Assembly: GCF_009914755.1 (NCBI RefSeq)
Contig: NC_060935.1
Direction: 5' to 3' (one strand)
DNA: 64,000 nucleotides
Source of the DNA: the human T2T-CHM13v2.0 reference genome, Homo sapiens
The position numbers and the translations under genes are program-made. The notes under the pieces are model-generated. The model had not been told where the DNA came from and did no database searches. It was given only the letters and a program-made list of their open reading frames with translations. Positions 52,501 through 64,000 of the stretch are shown in pieces (position 1 is the first letter of the stretch; every line of letters begins with the position of its first letter).

Positions 52501-55500
52501 TAAATATCAGAGCTTGACCAGGTAGATCCAAGGCCCATTAAAAAACTTCCTGGCATCCTAGGGTACAAAAAGATCATTTGTATGAATTAGGAACCTACAA
52601 ACAGGTCCAAAAGTTAAAGGGCAACAGTCAGGGTCTCAAAACATTCATGAGAAGGACACTCTACAATCACTGGGTGCCCCCAGAGACTTAACAAACACTG
52701 CAAAAAGCTTAGGTCACAATTAGGGCTCCCCTACAGCAAGATTAGGCCTCACAAGGCAGATTTTACTGATAATAGTCCTTTGCTTTGTAAAGCTAGATAG
52801 ATTCAGGCTTCCCATAGCAATGCTGTGCAAATATGCAATCATGTCTATAAAAGAAATTTCTTAATGAATTGCTAAAATGGATAGCTCAGTCAAAAAGCAA
52901 GATTTGGAAGAACTGAAATTTCATGCACTTCTCAATCACAGCCTTTACTTTCTTGAACTGAGATCTACCTATATAGATTCTAAATTCCTAATCAACTAAT
53001 GTTCTTTCTCTCCCTCCACCTTTTTGGTTCTTTTCAATGCAATAACTTGCATGAAGAATTCTTTAGTTTCCTTAGCAACTGGTTGAAATTTATTTGGTTA
53101 TCAAAATAAGCTGTTCTGTTTTGGAGAGCCCAGCTGAGCCTGCGCACAGCAATTTGCATGGTTCAAACTAATGGGCAATTTTTATTTCACTGCAGAAAGA
53201 AGAAAATGCTATCCCAAGCCCACCAATTCAACCATCAGAAATGCCTGTTTATTCAATGTTTTTTTCCCTTCCCCATTAATGTGTAACACAAGTTCTTGTG
53301 GCTTTAGTTCGAAAAGCTGCTGTATTTGGTTTCTGTCCCATCACAACCCTGGAATGGTTACAGCCATTTGGAAAATATAGTATGAACTGCAGTTTCATGT
53401 TATTCTCAAGGACATGATGAACATTTACAATTCTTGGATTATCATACATTTAATTCATATAAATAAGAAATATATATTCTTTAACATATTCAAAAATACC
53501 TCAAACCTTTGCAGAATCTGTGGCAGGGAGAGAATGTTAATTAGTCTGGACTTCTGGGATTTTAATAACTAATATGGAATGGCATGGGATTTGAGTGGAT
53601 AAGAAGAAGAGAACAAATATTTGTTGAGTGCCACTTCAACATTAGGCTTTGAATGGATAGATATAGTTATCCTTGTTCTACAGATGAGGAAGGTCAAGGG
53701 AGATGCAGTAAGTGCCATAAGTTAACAGAGCCAATATAAAGCAGGGTCAGGATTAACATCCTATACTGTCTGGCTCCAAGGCCCATTTACCCCTTTCTAT
53801 CACACCACATTGCTTTCTCCATCATTGTGAAGCAGAGACTCTAATCTTAATTCTGGAATCAGCTGTCTTCTTGAATATCCTCAGAAGGGATGAGAAATAT
53901 GTGCTCACATCAGAGTTAAAGACTTTCTGCATTGAGATATATCTAGGGGAATGCATTTTTAACATCACAATGAAAAACATACACTGAGTAGACATTGGTT
54001 TGACCAGGGCAAAATAAAGGAAGAACATTGTGGTCTCACATAAACTATAGGAAGCTTTGTCCTCTGGTTTCCAGTCTGACGTATTTTTTTTGTCACAGTG
54101 ATTGCTTCTGATGCTGACCACTTTGCAGCACAGTGCTGCATTGAAGGCATTTGCAAACAGGATTTCCATTTGCATCAGTAATGACAGATAATCCCTTTAA
54201 GCAAAAATACTCCAATTAAAATAAACCAATAATCTGGTGCAATTTTATTTTATCTCTTATCTGCACCTCCTGTTCCTTACAAAAACAAAACAAAACCTAA
54301 ACAACCCACAGACTAATTTCATTAGAGTGAGAGATTTCAGATAGATCCGACTCCTGTTTAAAGAACGTCTGATAGAGATCATAGAGGGAAGAAAATACGT
54401 TTTGCCAAATGAGATCCTTTACCAGTTCCTTGAGGGTTAAGCATATTTTAAATCTACATTTGTACATGCTGATCTAAAGACAGTCTTCACATTATGGTAT
54501 TAACCCATGGCATCTGACGCTAGAAGCTGACATGGGCACCACGAGCCAAAAGGCAGGACCATGGACAGGGCCAACATGACATTCTGAAGAGCCATCTGGT
54601 TACTTACATGATTCTATTGCTATTTTCATATGTAGAACTTACAAATCAGAATGCACCTTAGAGAGAATCTAGCTCAATATTCTCCTTTTGAAGAGGAGAA
54701 AAGGACTCCCAGAAAGTGTGTTCAAGGGATTTGCTTAAGGTGATACCACAGGTCAGTGGCTGCAGCTGGAATTGAACTCAGGGCTTCTGACTTCTAACCC
54801 AGAGCTCTTCCCAGGTCCCATTCATGATTCCTCCCTCCATATCCTATTAAGAGGCAAAGAAAGTGTGCACTATTTAGCATTTTAAGACTTAAAATCTTTG
54901 CAAATGAGAGGACTGGCTTTGTCCCTCAAAATAGTGGGCAGGGGTTCTGTGTGGAAATGATCTCAGTTCCCACTTCCCTTAAAGATGACCAGAAGCCAAG
55001 AGTTGACTTTGGCCCTCAGGATCCTCATTTCAGAGGTCATGAGTAGATACTCTGACCAAGTATATGCCACCCTGTTAAACAAACTGGTGGCTGGAAGGCA
55101 AATTATTGCAAGGGCAGAGAGGCTCAGATGCTATGACCCAAAAGTCAACTGAGAGAAAAGAAGATGTAAGCAGTGAAAGTTAGAGGCAGCTATTGCCAAT
55201 GTGCTGACTGAAGGGTCACAGGGAGAGAAAGCAGGCCATAGCAGGTGCAGGAGAAGGGAACGCCACACTGCCCAGAATGACAACCAGGCTGGGTTATTAG
55301 CTCAGACATCTTTCTGGGTGCCAATTTTTGTGAGTCTGTGCCACTCTTGGCTGACAATGTCCATGGCATGTTAGAAATATTTCTAAGACATTGAGAACAT
55401 GGGCCTATGGATATCCCACTCAGGAATAGCAAACCCAATGCCACCACCATTTCCATCATTGATAGGAAATATCCATGTCTCATTGTACAATAGAATTTCA

Positions 55501-55559
55501 CACCCACATCTCCTTCAGGGCCTTGTAACCTTGGGGTAAGTCAGGTGGGGAAGCTTATG

Positions 55560-55790
55560 GAGATAGCGAGAGCCCTGGAGTCACAGACCTGGGCTCATAT
55601 CCCAGACTCTACCATTTACTGGCTGTGTGACTCTGGCCAAATCACTTAATTAGTGCAATCCTTTGCACCAATTCTAGTTTCTATATCTAGAATAATTATA
55701 AAATAATTATCTTACAGGATCTCTGTGGGAATTAAATGTGAAATGCTTTTGGCAAAAAGTTTTAAAACAAACATGCTGTACGAACACTAA
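55560..55790 (+). mobile_element. MIR
   Basis: ctggagtcacagacctgggct...ccatttactggctgtgtgac. Confidence 0.65.
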
Positions 55791-56323
55791 TGATTATTGT
55801 TATTATTGCGGATGCGGAAACTGAAGCTCAGGCAAATAAGTGACTTGCTCAAGGTCACACGTTTAGTAAATGACAGACCACTTAAACTGGTGTTTCTATT
55901 AAACCACAAGAGTCCAAGAATCTTTCCATTACAACACCCCATCTACCTGCCTCCCCATACCCCACTCCCACAGATGCCCATCTGTCCCATGAGGTTTGCC
56001 CAGAAGAGCTCCTCTCACCCCACACAAAGATGGCCACCCCAGCAGTGTGAAGCCCCTAATGCTTCCCTCAAGGCATGGGATGGGATTCTGCTGAGCACCA
56101 TGAGCCCTTCCTGAGCCTCCCACGAACTCTCAGTGACAAGGAACTGCGATGAAGACACAGGTGGACTGGCAGCTTGACAGCTGGCGTGGAGTGTGGAAGG
56201 ATGGAGGGAGCGCCAGAGCATGGAGCTGTGAGCCAGGCACATGATGCACGCACGTTATGGAGGGCTCTTCAGCTCAGAGGCAGACACAGAGGACTCACAA
56301 CACGGACAACGCAGCAACCCTAC

Positions 56324-56494
56324 CTTCTGTGGTTCCTTTGCCTTTCCTGTCAGGGGTCTCTAAGCCAGTGCCCCCTGAGGGGTATAGGGAGACGTCGGTT
56401 GGCACAGGCCAACTGCTGGCTGTGTCCTCCGTGATCTCATACATCTGCCCCTCCATCGGCTGCAGGTGCCAGTTTAGGCCAAACAGGTGCATGG
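56324..56494 (-). CDS. TENM4: TENM4 internal coding exon (171 nt, phase 1-1): end of TM helix and juxtamembrane ectodomain, (A)[56 protein letters not shown]
   Basis: Acceptor ctcaccacAG|CC ATG and donor GAA G|GTAGGG; matches ORF 56295..56507; AMHLFGLNW is the teneurin TM-end motif. Confidence 0.95.
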
Positions 56495-56769
56495 CTGTGG
56501 TGAGCAATGAGAAAAGTCATCTTTTTCTGCTGGAGGCAGAAACGGGACTCCCAAGCCATAAGGGAAAGGTGGGCAGGGTGGGGGAACACAGGCATTCAGT
56601 TCAGTTCAACAAGTAGCCCCAAAAGGAAGCTCTTGTAGTGCCAGCCCTGCAAAGGAGACTGGGGACAGAGAGGATCAAGGTTCAGACCCTGCCCTCAAGG
56701 GGCTCACAGTCTGGTGGAACTGGGAGTAGGCAGGATCGGGGAGTCTCAGGAGGTCTTGGTCTTTGCTTC

Positions 56770-58031
<1,262 letters not shown>

Positions 58032-58494
58032 TCAGGCTCCCCTCTTCTGATGCCCATCTGAATTCCCCACACATGGAAGTAAGCGCTCAAGTCCCTGGAC
58101 CCTCATGACACCCTGGATGTAACATTCACTCCTTTGCTTGGTGAACACTGTCTGAAAGCCCACTCCATGGCAGATTCTGGAGAGCCAGAATGAAATCAGA
58201 GAGTCCTTGCTTCAGTGAGCTCACAGCCAAGTAGGGAAGACAGACAAATAACAAAGTCTCTTCAGCAAGACCAGAAGGCCTAGAGGAGGGGGTGCCTGAC
58301 CCGCTAGGGGGGCTAGAAGAACACAGGGAAGGATCTTCAGAGAGATGAAGGCCCATAGTAATTGTATTTACTGTGTGACAGGCAGTATGTGGGGGAACTT
58401 GTATATATTAATCCTCATGGCAATCTCACCAGACTGAATTTACAGAGGTGCATATTAAGGCTCAGAAGGTTAATTAAAATTAAGATAGCCATAA

Positions 58495-58720
58495 AACTAT
58501 TATTTATTGAGTACTTAATGATATGCCAGGCATTAGGCTGAGAGCATTACAAGCAATAATTCCTTTAACTCTCACAATAATCCTATGAGGTATTAATAAC
58601 CCCATTTTACAGATGGAGAAACTAAGGCACAACAAGACTAATTAACACACGCAAGGTTAAATGGCTAACAGGTTGCAGAGACGAGACTATAATCCCAAAC
58701 TCTTCCAATCCTGAAAACAT
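58495..58720 (-). mobile_element. MIR
   Basis: tgccaggcatt...ctcacaataatcctatgagg...ccccattttacagatggagaaactaaggcac. Confidence 0.8.
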
Positions 58721-60305
58721 GCACTGTCAGTCTTCTCGGCATCAAGGCCCAGGCTTGCCTGCTTGGCTAGGGCACCTCTTGCTTGGTGTATCTATCAGGG
58801 TGGGCGTTACAAAGACATCCCCCTTTTGTACATCAAACAGCCTCCAAGGCTTTTAAGTCTCTTTTTAGGCAGTAACACAGGATCCTGTGAGCTAGAGAGG
58901 GAACTCTGTTACCTGGCCCCAGTGTATGAAGGTGTCACTGATGGTGGTTTTGAGGGGCTGTGTGACTGCCATCAAGACACACACAAAAAAACTACCGAGG
59001 AGACTGGAGCACAGCATACCCGTTTGACTTCTAGTCTGAACACAAGCCATGGGGAACACACACAAGTCTGCTTCAGCCAGGAGGCCACGCTCGGGTGAAA
59101 GCAACGAGATCCGACACTTTGCTTTTTTCTTTGGTTACTGTGGTACAGGAGAAGGTGTGTGGGACCAGAGGAAAGAAACTAGTTTTGAATCTCAGCTGCC
59201 ACTGCCTAGCTGCATTCTTCTCATCTGAGCAATGAGTATAGAAAGCTTCAAAACATTGTTGTACCTAATGAGGTAATACATGGTAAAATGCTTTGCAAAC
59301 TGTACACATGTGTGATAACTATACGTGATAACCATTCATTGCATTTGTACTGTTGATGATAATGAAATGACAATAGTCACTGACATTTATTGAGCACCTT
59401 TTTTGGTACCAGGTACCAGGTGAGGTGCTTTGCACTGCTCTCCTCTACCTCCTATGTAGGTGACAATAATACTTGAACAGTTAACCTGCCTGGAAGCAGT
59501 GAATATTCTGCTATTTCCAAGGCTGGATTAGCTCAAAATTCTGTTTACCTTCTTACTTTATATATTAGCAACTCCAAAGGTAACGGAGAAATTGTTTGAG
59601 CTACAGACGAATCAGATATATGCAGCTAAGTAAGCAATGCTTCTTTCCCCATTAGAATCAATTATCTCATCTAAGTGTGCAACAGTGCTGTCTTGTTAAA
59701 AGGTCATGAGAATTAACTAATCCCAGAATGAATAGAACTCTCACAGCTTTGTGAAGAGAAACATTTTTATTGTCACAGCTTTCTTTTATATTTAACAAGA
59801 TGCAAATAAGTCCTTGCTTAAAAAAAAAAAAAAAAAAGATACGTTGTGGGTAGGGGTGGGAATAAGCCAGGGAAAAAAGTGTTGCAGGTGAAAATGATCA
59901 ACAGGTCTGGGGTCCCAGGGAAGTTAATGAGGGCAGGACAGTCCACAGTTATGAGGGTGGGGGAGACATGGGGGGAGGGGTGTTGGCACCCCTTCCTCTC
60001 CACTGTACCCCCCTGGCAATCACAGAGGCCAACACAGCTGTGAGGCTGGCCAATAGTCTCCGTGGCCTGTGGAAGATGCACTCCTGAAAACTATCTGGGA
60101 AAGCAAAGCTCTGTATTCAACTCCAACTTAGACTGAATCTCTCAGGAGATTTAACCATTCAAAAATAACTTTAGAAGCTGGTGGGTAGGGAAGGAAACCT
60201 AGGGTCACCCAACCAAGGTTGGGCTGAGAAATGGCTACCTGGAAAGTAAGGAGTAGGATGAAGCAGAGATTCAGAGACATGAAGTTCAACCAGTAATGTC
60301 ATCTT

Positions 60306-60712
60306 TTTAAAAAAAAATTTAATTTTTGTGGGCACATAGAAGGTGTATATACTTATGGGACACGTGAGATGTTTTGATAACAGGCTTGCAATGCATGATA
60401 CTCATGTGATGGAAAATGGGGTATCCATCCCCTCCCTCCAGCATTTATCTTTTGTGTTACAAACAATCCAATTATACTTTTAGTTATTTTAAAATGTATT
60501 GTTTAATTGTTATTGACTATAGTCCACCCTGTTGTGCTATCAAATAGCACAGTTCTTTATTTATTCTATTTTTTTTTTGTACCCGTTAACCATGCCACCT
60601 ATCTCCAAACCTCCCACTAGCCTTCCAAACCTCTGGTAACCATCCTTCTACTCTCTATCTCCGTGAATTCAATTGTTTCAATTTTTAGCTCCCACAAATG
60701 AGTGAGAATACA
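60306..60712 (-). mobile_element. L1MA 3' end fragment
   Basis: tttgtgggcacatagaaggtgtatat...acaaacaatccaattatac...cctctggtaaccatccttctactctct...agctcccacaaatgagtgagaa; flanking gtcatctt on both sides. Confidence 0.85.
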
Positions 60713-63399
60713 GCAAAGTCATCTTAAAGCCAAAATAAAGGGGACATTTAATCTGTGATCCAAGGTTTTAAATATAAGTCATGCTAGTGACCCTTTCATT
60801 CTTTTACTGTATTGTTAGGCAGGTGGTTAATTCTATAGTTCTGGGTTATGGGAGAGGGGGAGAGGGAAGGGAGAGAAGTAGTTTGCTCTGCTCTCCTCTT
60901 TCCAAAGGACACAGCACATTCTCAGCCAGAGTCTGCCCATGAAATACATATGATCGAGTGGCCTCTCTTCTTTATCCTTTGTAATAATCAAAATCATAAC
61001 ACAAAAATTAGTATCATTTGAATGCACACTACATGCCAAGTGCTTTATTTATATTATTCAGTTTCATACTTATATAAAAGTAGGTTGAAAAAACATTACT
61101 GGAGAATGGAAGTAGAATAGAAATAGAGCTATAGTGCTATATTCTGATTTACTCAGAGAAGTAAAGTAAGTTACTGGAGACCACAGAGCTGGTAGAAATT
61201 TGAGGCAAGTTTAAAACTCAGGACCCTGTGCTCCCAAGCCAAGCTTCTTCTTTTATATATTTTATTTTAAATAGAAGATAAAGCCAGCAGCAAATAAAAT
61301 TTGAAATAAATATTTAGGGAGGGGGAGCTGATAGTGATGATAAATATTCCCTGGCCCACAGCAATCTTCATTTAAAGCTGTGTATAGCAGCTGAGTGCGT
61401 GTTATCCAAATGATTTGGAAGACAGAGCCACAGATTAAAAAAAAAAAAAAAAAAGCTAACAAATATAAACGGTTCTCCCCAGCCTGCTAAGGATAGACCG
61501 GGCCACTGAAACAATATAAATTATAATCACTGTATTCCATGTTCCCTGAAGAATGAACGGTAACTACTCATCATCTGTGTTACGTCACAGGATTCTCTAT
61601 ATGATACTCTGCAGTGTGTATTTATAACTGTTGTGCAAAACCTTCCTCAAGTACACTCAAAGTGACCTAGATAAGTAACTTGATACTGGTTTTCCCGTTA
61701 GACTAGTTTGTAATTCAGTGAAAAGGTGAAAAGATGCTAAGGAGTTCAGAAAAAGGCTGTGGAAAGGTAGCTGGTTCACAAGATCACCCACGCTGAAATG
61801 TTAATGATTTCTAAAAGCCAAGAGCCAAGGTGGGGGAAGTTCTGATTCTCTTGGCTCTGGTCAATCTCATCCCAGGGCTGACATTTTCCCCGTCGCCTTT
61901 TCCTGTCCAGTGAGACATGAGAGATGGCTCAGAAAGTGCAAGCTCTATCTTGACATTTTAAAGAAAGGCTCCATAGATGTTCAGACATTGAAGGCTCCCC
62001 TCAGCACCCGGCCAGCAGGAGGCAATTAACAAAGTCATTATGCAGGAGTCACCAATATCAGTACAGGTGAGTTTCTGCTGTCACGATGCACACTTCCCTT
62101 CCAAAACTGGAATGCACAAACCCACTTGCATCTGTGCATCAGCAGCTCCAGGGAGTGACTAGACACGGTTATAACCACAAGGAACTGTTGATTCAAGTGG
62201 CATTTTTGGTTTCAAAAGGCAGTGGGAACCAACCCAACCACGCAGCTACCCACTTTTCTGTTTTATATTAGTGCTCAGTTTTTTTTTTTAAATGACTATT
62301 TCTATGAAATCAGTCACTGAGGTTCTTTGACTTATGGTCCTCTAATGGGGTGAAAAACTAAAAAGATAAAATAATAACAGAAATGACAGGCTTTCATTCC
62401 CTAGGTTATCTTCCTGGTTTTGCTACAAAGCCACCACATTTAAAAGTTCCAAACCAAGAAACTATATACACAAGATGTACACGGCAGGATAACAGAAAAA
62501 AAATTGGAAGCAAACTCGATGTCTAAAAATAGGAGAACGACTTAGCTAACTTATGGTACAGGTACAGGATGGAATATAAGGCAATCATTACAAAAAATAA
62601 CTAAGATAAACAGCGATGCAGGAAAATGCTTAAAACACAATGTCAGGAAAAGAAAAGGCAGGGCACCAAATTGCATGTGTTTCCTGACTGCATCTCTGCA
62701 AAACCATGTATGCATATGAAAAACAATTTGTAAAGAAATACATAAAAATGACCTCAGGATTTGAATTACAGCAGACGATTATTTCCTAGTTTCCAAACTC
62801 ATTTTAGTGCATCAGCATTAAAAAGGAAGCCTCCAACTTAGTGTCACAAGCAATAGGTAGAAGAGAAAGATGATACAGCATGGGGGAGGGGTCCTGACTT
62901 TGAGCTTTTGCCTTGTGTCCGACCCCAGACATGAGGAATTACATATGCTCTCTCACTCAATCTTTACATGAATCTTGAGAAACTCGTTTGACAAATGAAG
63001 AAACTGGAGGCTCAGAAAGGCTCCTCAGCTGGCCCAAAGACACACAGATAGGAAGTACTAAGGCCAAATTTGAACCCCGATCTAAAAACAGATCTGAATG
63101 GTTCCAAAGCCCAGGTTCCCCTCCTGGCACATCACACTGGTGATGAGTTACAATGCCTGAAAACTACATTACAATTTAAAAAAAAATTTTAAGACAAAGA
63201 TTTCGCTGACAGCATAGCTAGATTTGCTCTTTTGAGATAGTTTGTTAAGAGGCTTTTTTCTCAGGGACAAAGCATGGGCCCCCATCCTTTCATATCCTGA
63301 CTGCCTGACCAGCAACTGATCCCCACAAACAAAAACCATGTAGATGCCAGTAAGCAACTTGCCACAGGCACAGTCAGTCTGTGTTTGGGTCTTTCTATA

Positions 63400-63590
63400 A
63401 AAGCACTCAGAGCTTGTTGAGTTACTGGTTTTGTGACTTTGGGCAAAGTACTTAGCCTGTCTGAATCTCAGTTTCTTCACCTGTAAAATGAAGCTGATAA
63501 TATCCACCTCAAAGGATTGAATGAGATAATGTAATTTGCTTAGAACTATGCCTGGTACATACCAGGAGCTCAGTAAATGGCAGTTGTATC
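63400..63590 (+). mobile_element. MIR
   Basis: gtgactttgggcaaagtactt...ctcagtttcttcacctgtaaaatg...tgcctggtacata. Confidence 0.75.
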
Positions 63591-64000
63591 ATCACTGTCA
63601 TTTTGCTATGCTGATTTCCCTAATTCCTATATCTACTGAAAACTTTAAGCCAGCTCTGTGATACTGCCTTTTTCTTCTTTCTATATGTTCCCTATTAGTT
63701 CCCTTCCATGCCAGTTGCCAATTTCTTTAAATTGAGGGCCCTCACCTGCTCCCATTAGCTGACAGACTTTGGTAATGGGAACTAGAGATATTTGCCCAAT
63801 AGATGAAACATCTTTTAAAAGCATGATTGCTATAAAACTGCCTGTCAGGATCCCACTGATGACTACGTGGGGGTAATTTTTAATCAAGTAAATATACTTC
63901 TTTTCCTCCTGTCTCTGGAAAAACTTGGCTGCAATAATCAGGGCTACTGTCTCTCACTCCCAAATTAAGTGTTTTCTGGAGAATGGATTCTGGCACAGTT

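Noticed and set aside
58301-58315. CTCF-like CCGCTAGGGGGGC
   Set aside because: An extra G displaces the conserved GGC of the core motif, so it cannot be supported without ChIP data.

Overview
Human (primate, with a human-specific-type AluYa5) intron-rich genomic DNA inside the teneurin-4 gene (TENM4/ODZ4), transcribed on the minus strand. Five internal coding exons can be placed exactly from GT-AG boundaries and a continuous reading frame. In transcript order they are 56324-56494, 49329-49543, 47468-47678, 7638-7739 and 5466-5660. They encode the end of the transmembrane segment, the juxtamembrane/Ig-like linker and EGF-like repeats 1-3. The rest is intron, including one of 39.7 kb, filled with Alu, MIR, L1, L2, ERVL/MaLR solo LTRs and hAT DNA-transposon relics. 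I found no prokaryote-type or wholly new gene system. The most notable observations are: a 40-bp near-perfect hairpin with a competing alternative stem (19932-20030); a probable L1 3' transduction (15851-16197) next to a CpG-rich, CTCF-like element; a young 5'-truncated AluYa5; a frame-symmetric three-exon block bracketed by inverted Alus (possible stop-free circRNA); and several cryptic splice signals. Repeat subfamily calls and the boundaries of old repeats come from recalled consensus sequences and are approximate.
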